NCBI GenBank assembly: GCA_964596835.1 | Contig: CAZQVV010000004.1 | Location: forward strand, 1-48,697 | Source: an uncultured Thiohalophilus sp. | GTDB lineage: Bacteria; Pseudomonadota; Gammaproteobacteria; UBA6429; Thiohalophilaceae | Length of the DNA stretch: 48,697 nucleotides | Direction of reading: 5' to 3' | Shown here: piece by piece, positions 8,587 through 18,923 of the stretch | Position numbering within the stretch: the stretch's first letter is position 1 | How the letters are laid out: each line of letters opens with the position of its first letter | Made by a program: the position numbers and the translations under genes | Notes under the pieces: model-generated | What the model was told of the DNA's origin: nothing | Databases searched by the model: none | Seen by the model: only the letters and a program-made list of their open reading frames with translations

Positions 8587-9879
8587 TTATTGCAGAAGAT
8601 CGTTTATTTTCTTAATGACTTCAGGGCTGTCCCAATGGATAGCGGCATTCACGCCATACTTTATTTTTCCATCCGGCCCGATAACAAAAGTGGAAGGAAA
8701 AACCAGCACATTCCATTTAGACGAAACACTGCCATCCTCATCCAGCAGTACCGGAAAATTAACATGCACCTTATCGAGAAATTGTTTTATCTGCTGTTTA
8801 TTTTCCGCATAATTTATAGAAATCAATTCAAAATTCTTACCCTTCATGATTTTGCGCAGGTGATTTAATGAAGGTATCTCCTTAACGCATGGCGGGCACC
8901 ATGTTGCCCAATAATTGACGATGGTGACTTTTCCTTTATAGTTTTTTCTTATTACCTGCTTCCCTCTGACACTCATAAGATTAATCGGTAAAGGTTCTTT
9001 CTCACCCTTATAGGGCCGCAATACGCTATTAAGTCCGTTATTTTTCACCTTATCTACTACTGGCATAGCCTGAGCGTACAAGGGTGTCTCCGTCCTGTCC
9101 AACAAGCTGAGAATAGCCTTGATTCTGTCAGGAAATTTCTTTAACGCCTTCAAAGTTACAGGCGAACTATCTTTCTGATAAAACAACCCTGTTACCCCCC
9201 GTTGCACTTTTACATACACCTGCGCGCCCCCTTTTCGCAGGTTCTTCACAACAGAATTCAACTGCCAGCGGTTACCGCGTAAAGCGCCCTGATATAACAT
9301 GATGGGTATATTGGTTGCGTAAATAATCGGCTCGTAAACAGGCCGCCTGCCTAATGCTGGAATAGTACTGTATAGCTCGGGAGAAAACAGGATCGCACCC
9401 GTCAAATAACCCGCCCGTGATTTTTTGTTCCTGTCTTTGTCGATTTTTTCTTTTTGATTCGCCTGCCATAACCGCGCGCCGCGTAAAAGAGGTATGGCAG
9501 CGTATGAACGGGCCAGCAGCGCTATCTTCTTGCCCGTTTTTTTATGAGCGTACTCTATTAAACCCGCAATATACTTTCCTGTAAGACTACGCATTGCCGA
9601 TGTCCCTTTCGGCAAAAACAAACTCTCCGCCAGATCGACATGCCATACTTCAATGCCCTTCTTTATAAATTCATCAGACATTTTAAATTCACGCTCATGT
9701 GATCCAACACTGTGGGCAATCCACAGAATAAGATATTCGCCGGACGCGGCATAGCGTATTATGGAAAGTTCCTGATTGAGGATGTTGACCTGTATCTCTT
9801 CTTTAGCCTGCACCGATGAATAGCATGCTAAAATAACAAGAAGGAGATATATTCTTAGTGGGCCTTGTTTGCTCTTCAT
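8587..9879 (-). CDS. Secreted fusion protein: about 300-aa domain of unknown function plus C-terminal TlpA/ResA-like thioredoxin domain
   Basis: Signal peptide MKSKQGPLRIYLLLVILACYSSVQA. C-terminal VNYWATWCPPCVKEIPSL...VLVFPSTFVIGPDG is typical of TlpA-family thiol-disulfide oxidoreductases. Start trimmed to ATG 9879. Confidence 0.75.
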   Translation of the reverse strand: MKSKQGPLRIYLLLVILACYSSVQAKEEIQVNILNQELSIIRYAASGEYLILWIAHSVGSHEREFKMSDEFIKKGIEVWHVDLAESLFLPKGTSAMRSLTGKYIAGLIEYAHKKTGKKIALLARSYAAIPLLRGARLWQANQKEKIDKDRNKKSRAGYLTGAILFSPELYSTIPALGRRPVYEPIIYATNIPIMLYQGALRGNRWQLNSVVKNLRKGGAQVYVKVQRGVTGLFYQKDSSPVTLKALKKFPDRIKAILSLLDRTETPLYAQAMPVVDKVKNNGLNSVLRPYKGEKEPLPINLMSVRGKQVIRKNYKGKVTIVNYWATWCPPCVKEIPSLNHLRKIMKGKNFELISINYAENKQQIKQFLDKVHVNFPVLLDEDGSVSSKWNVLVFPSTFVIGPDGKIKYGVNAAIHWDSPEVIKKINDLLQ

Positions 9880-9900
9880 TTTTTGATCATCTACCACCTG

Positions 9901-9928
9901 AAAAGCCGCGTACAAAGACGCGGCTTTT
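9901..9928 (-). terminator. Rho-independent terminator downstream of grxD (11-bp stem, usable in both directions)
   Basis: aaaagccgcgt / acgcggctttt stem with a 6-nt loop, flanked by a T run on one strand and an A run on the other. Confidence 0.6.
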
Positions 9929-9956
9929 TACAAACTGACAAGATTCTTCGAATCAA

Positions 9957-10289
9957 TCAGGCTTCAGTTTTCGCCTTGTCCACGGCGTCCTGCACCATAG
10001 TTTTCAGCTCACCCTTCTGAAACAGTTCCAGCGTGATGTCACAGCCGCCGATCAGTTCGCCGTTGATATAAATCTGCGGGAACGTCGGCCAGTCGGCATA
10101 GCGCGGCAGGTTCTCGAAGATTTCCGGATCCATCAGCACATTGACGTGAGCGAACTCCCGTTCACAATTCATCAACGCCTGCGCGGCGCGGCTGGAAAAA
10201 CCACACTGTGGCATTTTCGGCGTGCCTTTCATAAAAATAACAACAGGATTACCTTCCACCTGCTGTTTGATGCGTTCCAATACGTCCAT
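9957..10289 (-). CDS. grxD: Monothiol glutaredoxin (Grx4 family)
   Basis: CGFS active site (MPQCGFSSRA), WPTFPQIYINGELIGGCD. Confidence 0.92.
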   Translation of the reverse strand: MDVLERIKQQVEGNPVVIFMKGTPKMPQCGFSSRAAQALMNCEREFAHVNVLMDPEIFENLPRYADWPTFPQIYINGELIGGCDITLELFQKGELKTMVQDAVDKAKTEA

Positions 10290-10463
10290 AAGACTGTTAC
10301 CTCATTAAAATAAATTTTACTGCAATCCCCTGATGGGGGGGAGGGGGTTCACAAAAGCCACTATTCTAGCCTATCGAGATCAAAAAACGAATACCCGATT
10401 TTTCCACTCAGGTATATTGGCGGCCAGCGCTTTTGACCGAACTGGGGGCGCAAGTTATAGATT

Positions 10464-12236
10464 TCAAGTCGGCAAATGCGTCTGGAGCCAGAATTCCAAC
10501 AGCGCCAGATGCCAAAGCTTGCTTCCACGCAGGGCGGTAAAGTGTTGATCTGGCTCGGATAACAGACGATCCACATAGTTGCGTTCGTACAGGCCGCGAT
10601 GGCGGCAGGCGGAGGAGTTCACTATATCGCGCATGAAATCCAGGAATTCTCCGCGCACATATTTCAGCGCCGGCATAGGAAAATAGCCCTTGGGCCGGTC
10701 AATAATGGCGTTCGGCAACAGGCCGCGGGAAATCGTCTTCAGCACATGCTTGCCGCCGGAGCCGAGTTTCAGTTCCGGCGGTATACTGGCGGCCAGCTCC
10801 ACCAATTTATGATCCAGGAACGGCACCCGTGCTTCCAGCCCCCAGGCCATGGTCATGTTGTCCACCCGCTTAACCGGATCATCCACGATCAGGGTGGTGA
10901 CATCCAGATGCAAGGCCCGGTCGATGAAGCTGTCCGCCAGCGGTTCAGCCAGCAATTTGGCCACTTTCAGGCGGGTGAAATCGGCGCCCCGATACTTTTC
11001 AGTGACCATTTGCAGAAATTCAGCGTGGGGCCGATCGAAATAATATTTGCCGAAGCGATCCACGTCGACCGGGGTTTGATCCGCCTGCATCTGCTCAAAC
11101 CAGAAATAACCGGCGAACAGCTCATCGGCACCCTGCCCGCTCTGCACCACTTTGACGTCCTGTGCGACTTTTTCCGACAACAGGTAAAAAGCCACTGCGT
11201 CCTGCCCGAACATAGGCTCGGCCATGGCCTGCACCGCTTCGGGTAGCCGGGTGAGCACTTCCGAGTTGGGAATGAGATATTTGTGGTGGCGGGTCTGATA
11301 GCGTTCGACAATCTGATCCGAGAACTCGAACTCGCTGCCCTTCTCCTCGGGTTGATCTTCAAAACCGATCGAAAAGGTTAGGATGTCGCGCACCCCGGCT
11401 TCGGCCAGCAGGGCCACGAGCAAACTGGAGTCCAGCCCGCCGGAAAGCAGCACCCCCACCGGCACATCGGCCACGTCCAGGCGCAGGCGCACCGCTTCAC
11501 GCAGTGCGTCGTGTATAGCCTGCGTCCATTCCGTTTCACTCTTTGGCTGACCCGGGCGCAAAGCCTTCAGACGCCAGTAACGGGTTTCCATCACATCCGC
11601 ACGGGTGTCGATGAGCATGCCCGTAGCCGGGTTCAGTTTGCGCACACCTTTGAGGATGGTGTGAGGCGCGGGCACCACTCCGTGCAGGGTGAACTGATGA
11701 TGCAGGGCGACGGGATCAATCTCCGTGTCAACCCCGCCCGCCGCCAGCAACGCCTGGGGATTGGAGGCAAAACGGAAATGATCGCCGTCCATTGAATAGT
11801 ACAGCGGTTTGATACCCATGCGATCACGGGCAATGAATAGGTGTTTCTGCTGCCGATCCCAGACGGCGAAGGCGAACATGCCATGCAGGTATTCGGGGCA
11901 ACGCTCCCCCCACTTACGCCAGGCTTTGAGGATAACTTCTGAATCGCCCTCGGAAGAAAAATGATAGCCCTCTTTTTGCAGTCGGCTTCGCAGTTCCCGG
12001 TAATTATAGATAGCACCGTTAAATACCAGCACCAGCTCCTCATCCACCAGCGGCTGGTTGGATCGCGCCGACAGATCGATCACCGTCAGACGCCGGTGTC
12101 CCAGCGCCATCGGTCCCACCGACCAACGGCCCTCGAAATCCGGCCCGCGCCGGGCCAAGACCGGCAGCATGCGCGTCACCGCCGACTCATCCGCCGGCAG
12201 GCCATTAAATTTTAATTCACCACAAATTCCGCACAT
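10464..12236 (-). CDS. asnB: Asparagine synthase (glutamine-hydrolysing) family amidotransferase
   Basis: N-terminal MCGI nucleophile (Ntn amidotransferase) once the start is trimmed to ATG 12236. PP-loop motif LLSGGLDSS. The specific product is not established. Confidence 0.85.
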   Translation of the reverse strand: MCGICGELKFNGLPADESAVTRMLPVLARRGPDFEGRWSVGPMALGHRRLTVIDLSARSNQPLVDEELVLVFNGAIYNYRELRSRLQKEGYHFSSEGDSEVILKAWRKWGERCPEYLHGMFAFAVWDRQQKHLFIARDRMGIKPLYYSMDGDHFRFASNPQALLAAGGVDTEIDPVALHHQFTLHGVVPAPHTILKGVRKLNPATGMLIDTRADVMETRYWRLKALRPGQPKSETEWTQAIHDALREAVRLRLDVADVPVGVLLSGGLDSSLLVALLAEAGVRDILTFSIGFEDQPEEKGSEFEFSDQIVERYQTRHHKYLIPNSEVLTRLPEAVQAMAEPMFGQDAVAFYLLSEKVAQDVKVVQSGQGADELFAGYFWFEQMQADQTPVDVDRFGKYYFDRPHAEFLQMVTEKYRGADFTRLKVAKLLAEPLADSFIDRALHLDVTTLIVDDPVKRVDNMTMAWGLEARVPFLDHKLVELAASIPPELKLGSGGKHVLKTISRGLLPNAIIDRPKGYFPMPALKYVRGEFLDFMRDIVNSSACRHRGLYERNYVDRLLSEPDQHFTALRGSKLWHLALLEFWLQTHLPT

Positions 12237-12263
12237 AATCATCCAGATACAAGGTAAAAGCCC

Positions 12264-12411
12264 GGGGTATCCCCACGAATATTTTTTAAAAGCCAAACGC
12301 TTATCTGTCCGCCAATAAAGGCGACAGCATGGACGGTTGTATTCTGTGCCTCAGGCACATCAAGATAAAATATTGGCGTTTATTCGCGTTCATGGGCGGA
12401 TATTTCTTTTA
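12264..12411. mobile_element. Family-B MITE-like element, copy B2 (reverse orientation, one end truncated)
   Basis: ggggtatccccacgaatatttt...ttctgtgcctcaggcacatcaa...ggcggatatttctttta aligns with the reverse complement of 8294-8490. It fills the whole asnB/hyuB intergenic gap and overlaps the hyuB stop codon (12409-12411). Confidence 0.7.
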
Positions 12412-13962
12412 CCTTTCCTCTATATTCCCCCATCCCCCACCACCGGGGGTTTCTATCGTCAGTACATCGCCTGCTTTGGCTTCAAAATTGACCTTGGCCG
12501 CAAGCGGTCGGCCATTGAGTCGATTGGATCCGGCCTTTCCCGGCTGGCCGCCGTTGAGGCCCCAGGGGGGATGATGCCGACGCTCGGTGAGCAGCGTCAC
12601 GCTGGCGGGTTGCAAAAATTCAAATTCGCGGATCAGGCCATCCCCCCCGGACAGAAGCCCGCTACCACCGGAACCTCGGCGTATCGCATAGCGCCGCAAC
12701 CGTATGGGATAGTGACTTTCCAGCACCTCCAACGGTGTATTGCGGGTGTTGGTCATGTGGGTCTGGATAGCCGACGCCCCGGCTCGATCCGGCCCCGCGC
12801 CGCTGCCGCCGCCAATGGTTTCGTAATAATCCCAACCCGCCTGCCCCGTATCACGACCATGATGGCCCATCGCCAGATTGTTCATGCTGCCGTGACTGGC
12901 GGCGGGAATACGATCCGGCAACGCCTGCGCCAGGGCGCCCATGACCACATCGACGATGCGGCTGCTGGTTTCCACATTCCCCGCCGCCACCGCCGCCGGA
13001 CGGCGGGCATTGAGTAAACAGCCTGGGGGCGCGATCAGCGTGATCGACCGGAAACTACCGGCGCAGGCCGGAGTCTGCACGGGCATCAGGCAACGAAAAA
13101 CGTAATACACGGCGGCGGCGGCCACCGACAGGGGACAATTGATATTGCCCGCCACCTGGGCGGCGGTGCCGCTGAAATCCGCATGTACCTGACCGGCTTT
13201 AAGGGTCAACCTGAGCTGTATAAGGATATCCTGCTGGCCCAGACCATCGTCATCCATTACATCGGAAAAGCAATATTCCCCATCGGGAATAGCCACCAAA
13301 GCCGAGAGCGCCAGTCGCTGCGCATACTCATTCAGCTCGGCCAGTCCCTGCTGGTAGACTCGACTGCCGAGTGTTTCAATCAACCCACGCAAGCGCTGGA
13401 CCCCACTCTGATTAGCAGAAATCTGCGCCGCCAGATCACCCTGGCCCGACTCGCCACTACGCGTCGCGGTGATGATTTTCTGCAACGGTGCCTCATCCAT
13501 TTCGCCACGGACGATTAGCCGGGTCGGCGGAATCACCAACCCTTCTTCTTCCAGGCTGCGCGACAGGGGCATGGAGCCGGGTGAATCGGCACCAATATCC
13601 GCATGATGAGCACGATTGGCAATAAACGCGAGCAGCCGCCCATCGACAAACAGAGGCGCGATCAGGGTCACGTCAGGCAGATGCGTACCGCCCAGAAAAG
13701 GATCATTGAGGATCACCATGTCACCGGCCTGCCAGTTCAGACTCGCCACAATATCGCGCATGGCGAACGCCATGCTGCCCAGATGAACGGGAATATGCGC
13801 GGCCTGGGCGCAGAGTTCGCCTTTGGCGTCAAACACAGCACAGGAGAAATCCAGCCGATCGCGGATGTTGGGGGAAAAGGCCGCCCGTTGCAACACCGCG
13901 CCCATCTCATCACAAATAGCGTTCAGACGGCTGGAAAAAATACTCAGTTCAATCGCATCCAT
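12409..13962 (-). CDS. Hydantoinase B / oxoprolinase family protein (HyuB-like), no HyuA partner present
   Basis: [22 protein letters not shown]-terminus and [20 protein letters not shown] and HHADIGA motifs typical of HyuB/OplaH. Start set at ATG 13962; the open frame continues to 14028. Confidence 0.82.
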   Translation of the reverse strand: MDAIELSIFSSRLNAICDEMGAVLQRAAFSPNIRDRLDFSCAVFDAKGELCAQAAHIPVHLGSMAFAMRDIVASLNWQAGDMVILNDPFLGGTHLPDVTLIAPLFVDGRLLAFIANRAHHADIGADSPGSMPLSRSLEEEGLVIPPTRLIVRGEMDEAPLQKIITATRSGESGQGDLAAQISANQSGVQRLRGLIETLGSRVYQQGLAELNEYAQRLALSALVAIPDGEYCFSDVMDDDGLGQQDILIQLRLTLKAGQVHADFSGTAAQVAGNINCPLSVAAAAVYYVFRCLMPVQTPACAGSFRSITLIAPPGCLLNARRPAAVAAGNVETSSRIVDVVMGALAQALPDRIPAASHGSMNNLAMGHHGRDTGQAGWDYYETIGGGSGAGPDRAGASAIQTHMTNTRNTPLEVLESHYPIRLRRYAIRRGSGGSGLLSGGDGLIREFEFLQPASVTLLTERRHHPPWGLNGGQPGKAGSNRLNGRPLAAKVNFEAKAGDVLTIETPGGGGWGNIEER

Positions 13963-14130
13963 AGGCCGCAGAGTGTACATTAAATACCGGCCAGCCATAA
14001 ATCGCCCAATCGAATTGAAGGCTGGCAAATCATGCTTGACTGAAATGCTTGGTTTTTATATCATACCCGCACACTTTACAATTGATATCTCGACTGAATT
14101 TAAATAAAACGAACAAGGAGATCTTTTCTC

Positions 14131-14709
14131 ATGTCACACGAATTGCCCGCATTACCCTACGCACAGGATGCATTGCAACCCCATATTTCTGCTGAAACGC
14201 TGGAATACCACTACGGCAAACACCATCAGACCTATGTCACCAATCTGAATAATCTGATCAAGGACACTGAATTTGAAAACGCATCCCTTGAGGACATCAT
14301 CATGAAAGCCGAGGGTGGCCTGTTCAACAATGCTGCCCAGGTCTGGAACCATACCTTCTACTGGAACGGCATGAGTCCCAACGGCGGCGGCGAACCTGCC
14401 GGTGCCCTGGCCGATGCCATCAATGCCGCGTTTGGCTCTTTTGCCGAGTTCAAGCAAAAATTCGCCACCTCCTGTGCCACCAACTTTGGCTCCGGCTGGA
14501 CCTGGCTGGTGAAAAACAGCGATGGCACACTTGAAATCGTTAACACCAGCAACGCTGCCAACCCCATGACCGACGGCAAAACCCCGGTGATGACCTGCGA
14601 TGTCTGGGAACACGCCTACTACATTGACTACCGCAATGCGCGTCCCAAATATGTAGAAAACTTCTGGAACCTGGTCAACTGGGATTTCGTGGCCAAAAAC
14701 TTTGGCTAA
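14131..14709 (+). CDS. sodB: Fe/Mn superoxide dismutase (Fe type by overall similarity)
   Basis: [40 protein letters not shown] good SD (AAGGAG) lies upstream. Confidence 0.95.
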   Translation: MSHELPALPYAQDALQPHISAETLEYHYGKHHQTYVTNLNNLIKDTEFENASLEDIIMKAEGGLFNNAAQVWNHTFYWNGMSPNGGGEPAGALADAINAAFGSFAEFKQKFATSCATNFGSGWTWLVKNSDGTLEIVNTSNAANPMTDGKTPVMTCDVWEHAYYIDYRNARPKYVENFWNLVNWDFVAKNFG

Positions 14710-14728
14710 ACATTGGCCTGATATTATT

Positions 14729-14750
14729 GCAGGGCGGGTTCAACCCGCCC
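14729..14750 (+). terminator. GC hairpin gggcggg-ttcaa-cccgccc after sodB (no clear T tract)
   Basis: 7-bp perfect stem 20 nt after the stop codon. Confidence 0.4.
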
Positions 14751-14911
14751 TCGGTTAATTCGCCCCCGGCTGTTTCCCCCCTGGCATTTTTTAATACCCC
14801 ACCATTACCCCAGCAGAATTTGCTCAACGCAGCAGAAACCGCTAAAATTTCACGTTTTCGGCGGTCTCCAAAAGAGACTGCTTTTTTGTTTTCAAGATTA
14901 AAGAACCTGTT

Positions 14912-16096
14912 ATGAATACGCATTTGATGCAGAATTACGCCCCGCTGCCGGTCACCTTCAAAAAAGGTGCGGGCGCATGGCTGTGGGACGACAGCGGTCG
15001 GAAATACCTCGACGCCCTGAGCGGCGTCGCGGTCTGCGGCCTGGGTCACGCCCATCCGGCGGTGGCGGAAGCTATCTGCACCCAGGCCCGAACGCTGGTG
15101 CATACGTCCAACTGGTATCACATCGAGCACCAGGAAACTCTGGCTAAAAAGCTGACTGCGCTGGCGGGTATGGAACGCGCGTTTTTCAGCAATTCCGGTG
15201 CGGAAGCCAATGAAGCGGCGATCAAACTCGCACGCCTCTACGGACACCAGAAAGAGATCAGCAATCCAACCATCATTGCCATGAAAAGCAGCTTTCACGG
15301 CCGCAGCATGGCAACCCTCAGCGCCACCGGCAATCGCAAGGTGCAGGCCGGTTTCGAACCGCTGGTGAAAGGCTTCGTGCGCGCACCCTATGACGATCTT
15401 GAGGCACTGGAAACCATCGCCCAGAACAACAATGAGGTCGTGGCGGTGCTGGTGGAACCCGTCATCGGCGAAGGCGGCATCCAGATACCGGCCGATGACT
15501 ACCTGCCCGGCATTCGCAAACTCTGCGACGACAACGGCTGGCTGATGATCCTCGATGAAATTCAGACTGGCATTGCTCGCACCGGCAAATGGTTCGCCTT
15601 CCAGTACAGCGCGATCTCACCCGATATTATTACTCTGGCCAAAGGACTGGGCAACGGCGTCCCCATCGGCGCCTGTCTAGCCAGAGGGATCGCGGCTGAA
15701 CTCTTTCAGCCCGGCCATCACGGCAGCACCTATGGCGGCAACCCGCTGGTCTGCGCCGCGGCCCTGGCGGTGCTCGATACGCTGGAAAAAGAACAGTTGA
15801 ATACACGCGTCAGTCAACTGGGTAAAACCATGCTGGCCGATCTCAAAACCGCGCTGGCGGATGTCGAAGGCATTGTCGAGATCCGCGGCCTTGGCCTGAT
15901 GCTGGCCGTCGAACTCGACCGCCCCTGTCCCGAACTTCTGCACCAGGCACTGGATGCCGGCCTGCTACTGAACGTGACTGCGGGCAATGTGGTTCGCCTG
16001 CTGCCACCACTGATTATCAGCGATGAAGAAGCCGAGCAAATTATTACTCTCACCTGTGATCTGATTAAAAATTTTCTCAGCACAGCGCCTGCGTAA
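14912..16096 (+). CDS. argD: Acetylornithine aminotransferase (class III PLP aminotransferase)
   Basis: [46 protein letters not shown]. Sits next to argF. Confidence 0.88.
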   Translation: MNTHLMQNYAPLPVTFKKGAGAWLWDDSGRKYLDALSGVAVCGLGHAHPAVAEAICTQARTLVHTSNWYHIEHQETLAKKLTALAGMERAFFSNSGAEANEAAIKLARLYGHQKEISNPTIIAMKSSFHGRSMATLSATGNRKVQAGFEPLVKGFVRAPYDDLEALETIAQNNNEVVAVLVEPVIGEGGIQIPADDYLPGIRKLCDDNGWLMILDEIQTGIARTGKWFAFQYSAISPDIITLAKGLGNGVPIGACLARGIAAELFQPGHHGSTYGGNPLVCAAALAVLDTLEKEQLNTRVSQLGKTMLADLKTALADVEGIVEIRGLGLMLAVELDRPCPELLHQALDAGLLLNVTAGNVVRLLPPLIISDEEAEQIITLTCDLIKNFLSTAPA

Positions 16097-16115
16097 ACCA
16101 CGCAAGGGTTTTCCT

Positions 16116-17015
16116 ATGACTCAACATTTTCTCACCCTGCTGGACATCGATCAAAGCGATCTAAACAACCTGATCCAACGCGCCATCGAACTAAAAACCA
16201 TGCACAAGACCGGCGAAGTCTACCGGCCCTTTGCCGGCCTGGTGCTGGGCATGATTTTCGACAAGGCCTCCACCCGCACCCGCGTATCGTTTGAAACCGC
16301 CATGGCGCATTTCGGCGGCCATGCTATTTTCCTTTCCCCCCGCGACACCCAACTGGGGCGCGGTGAACTGGTGGAAGACAGCGCCCGAGTACTCTCCAGC
16401 ATGGTCGATGCGGTGATGATCCGCACCTTCTCTCATGCGCTGGTTGAACGCTTCGCAGAAAACTCCCGCGTACCGGTCATCAATGCCCTGACGGATCACT
16501 GCCATCCCTGTCAACTGCTGGCCGATATACAGGCCTACACTGAGCAACGCGGTAATATTGCCGGGCGCACTGTCGTCTGGATTGGCGATGGTAATAATAT
16601 GTGCCATTCCTATATCAATGCCGCTATTCGCTTCGACTTTAAACTGAACATCGCCACGCCCCCCGGCTATGAGCCGGATGCCGCCCTTGTCGCCGCCGCC
16701 GCTGATCGGATCAGCCTCTCACATTCACCACAGGACGCCGCCCGCGGCGCCGATTTGATTGCGACCGATGTCTGGGCCAGCATGGGCCAGGAAGAAGAAC
16801 AGAAAAAACGCGAACAGGACTTCGCCGGTTACGAAGTCAACCAGGCACTAATGGACACCGCCCACCGCGAGGCCCTGTTCACCCACTGCCTGCCCGCCCA
16901 CCGCGGTGAGGAAGTCAGCGCCGAGGTGATTGACGGCCCACAAAGCATCACCTGGATAGCCGCTGAAAATCGCCTGCACAGTCAGAAAGCCCTGCTGGAA
17001 TATTTGTTGAAATAA
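16116..17015 (+). CDS. argF: Ornithine carbamoyltransferase
   Basis: STRTRVSFE carbamoyl-phosphate motif, HPCQ, HCLPA. Confidence 0.93.
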   Translation: MTQHFLTLLDIDQSDLNNLIQRAIELKTMHKTGEVYRPFAGLVLGMIFDKASTRTRVSFETAMAHFGGHAIFLSPRDTQLGRGELVEDSARVLSSMVDAVMIRTFSHALVERFAENSRVPVINALTDHCHPCQLLADIQAYTEQRGNIAGRTVVWIGDGNNMCHSYINAAIRFDFKLNIATPPGYEPDAALVAAAADRISLSHSPQDAARGADLIATDVWASMGQEEEQKKREQDFAGYEVNQALMDTAHREALFTHCLPAHRGEEVSAEVIDGPQSITWIAAENRLHSQKALLEYLLK

Positions 17016-17048
17016 AGCTAACTTTCAGCACCCTTTCCAGGGCGCCTG

Positions 17049-17130
17049 GTAGGTAGGTTGGCGCTGAGCCATGCTCTTTATGGCGAAGCCCAACAATGAT
17101 GTCAATAACAGAGCTTGCAGGTTGGGCGAC
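17049..17130. repeat. Family-D short repeat (gtaggttgg / gaagcccaacaatg / ggttgggc), copy D1
   Basis: Shares blocks with the reverse complement of 23870-23934. Confidence 0.55.
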
Positions 17131-17217
17131 CGAAGGAAGTGCCTGTGGTGCTCTGTTTGCCCACTGCCTTGAATAACGCAAGCTGGACAGCGCTTAGAGA
17201 AACCCTGTTACAGTGAG

Positions 17218-18882
17218 CTAAATAGTTACGATTATCTTTTGTATTATACTTCTAAAATCAAGAGGTTCTTCTGTATTAATATTAATCACTTTCTTCCCAT
17301 AACTGTCACTCAAATCCTGCTGCTGTTTCAATTGCTGTTCCAATACAGCAAGATCGGCATCAGAGGCACCCTGCTTCCTGTTCATAATACGCTGTCTTAG
17401 CGTTTGTTCTGATGCGTTGAACACCAGTATCGAAAACAAAATCTGTTTCTTTTTGGCCATCGCTTCGAATTGTTCAACGTGTAAATTTTTTAGAAACGTT
17501 GCGTCAACAATCACCGAATATCCCGCCTCCAGAATTTCATTCGCCAGCTCGGCCAGCTTTCCATACGTGCGTGCAGTTGCAGAAGAAGTGTAAATGCCTT
17601 TCCCCATGTCGGCTTTATCTTCCTGATTTGCTTTCAATCCAAATAAGCGTTTGCGTTCAACATCGGAGCGAATTCGAATTGCACTCAGTTGTTCCAGTAA
17701 TGTTTGAGTTATCGTGGTTTTTCCAGATGCGGATAAGCCGCGCGTGATAATTAATACCGGCGCCGCCCTCTGCGTATAACTTTGTGCAAGCGCCAGATAA
17801 GCTGTCAAATCTTTTTCGGCCCTGGCTTTCTCCTCAGGGCTGATTCCGACCTGACCTGCACGAATGGCGTCCACCTTGGCCCGCACCATCGCCCGATAAA
17901 ACAGGTAATAAGGTAATACGGCAACACCTGCATAGTCACCCGTACGTTCCAGATATTCATTTAGAAATCTCTGTGCCAGTTGCGGCTGGTTCCTGTATTG
18001 CAGATCCATTACCAGAAAAGCAATATCACTGATCACATCAATCCAGCGCAATCCCCGGTTGAATTCAATGCAATCAAATAAAACAGGTTTATTATCAATC
18101 CAGGCTAGATTGCGTAAATGCATATCGCCGTGACCTTCACGTATAAACCCCGCCTTTTTCCGTTGCTGGAATATCGGTTTAAGCGATTCAAATTCCGGAC
18201 CTTCCCATAGCTCAAGCTCTTCCAGTATTGCATCATAGTTGTGCCTATTAATTTGGGCGCGAATCTGCGCAAAATTTTCCTGTACCGGCCGACGCACCCG
18301 CTCAGGATCACCCTGCTCTATTGAGTCATCGGCGACATCCGCCTGTTGATGAAAGTCAGCAACGCGTTCTGCAAAAGCGTCGATATGCTCCGCTCGCAGC
18401 TCACCTTTCTGCAACATACGATCCAATTGTGCCTGCTGAGGGAATTGGCGCATTTTTACGGCATAATCTATTATATGATGCTTATTTCCCTGAAGGACTG
18501 TGATTGCCGGTTTCTCAGAGGAACCCGTAATCGCAACAATATCAAGATAAATATCAGCTGCGAGTCGTCTATTCAGGCGTAATTCTTCCTGACAAAAGAA
18601 AAGACGTTTGGCACGCGTTGAAAAATCAAGGAAACCTAAATTAACGGGTTTTTTTATTTTATAGGCAAAATCGCCGGTCAGAATCACCCATGATATATGG
18701 GTTTCAATTAATTCACAGTGTTTAACGGGATGGGGGTAGAGTTGCGACTTAAGCAAAACCCTGACATCAAACAACCCTGATTCCGGATCAAATTTTGAAG
18801 CAGATTCTATCTCCGAACCCGGTTTCATAGCCTGCTCTGATTTAATTCCACCCGATTGCTGAGGATCCCGATTCATAAACAC
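17218..18882 (-). CDS. Bifunctional protein: N-terminal aminoglycoside-phosphotransferase-like kinase fold plus C-terminal P-loop (AAA_33/zeta-like) kinase domain
   Basis: APH-like catalytic region (REGHGDMHLRNLAW...LFDCIEF). Walker A in the C-terminal third (ITRGLSASGKTT). Confidence 0.75.
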   Translation of the reverse strand: MFMNRDPQQSGGIKSEQAMKPGSEIESASKFDPESGLFDVRVLLKSQLYPHPVKHCELIETHISWVILTGDFAYKIKKPVNLGFLDFSTRAKRLFFCQEELRLNRRLAADIYLDIVAITGSSEKPAITVLQGNKHHIIDYAVKMRQFPQQAQLDRMLQKGELRAEHIDAFAERVADFHQQADVADDSIEQGDPERVRRPVQENFAQIRAQINRHNYDAILEELELWEGPEFESLKPIFQQRKKAGFIREGHGDMHLRNLAWIDNKPVLFDCIEFNRGLRWIDVISDIAFLVMDLQYRNQPQLAQRFLNEYLERTGDYAGVAVLPYYLFYRAMVRAKVDAIRAGQVGISPEEKARAEKDLTAYLALAQSYTQRAAPVLIITRGLSASGKTTITQTLLEQLSAIRIRSDVERKRLFGLKANQEDKADMGKGIYTSSATARTYGKLAELANEILEAGYSVIVDATFLKNLHVEQFEAMAKKKQILFSILVFNASEQTLRQRIMNRKQGASDADLAVLEQQLKQQQDLSDSYGKKVININTEEPLDFRSIIQKIIVTI

Positions 18883-18923
18883 GCCCTATGCAGTGATTGG
18901 ACAAGTCCAGTTTAGCCGTATAA

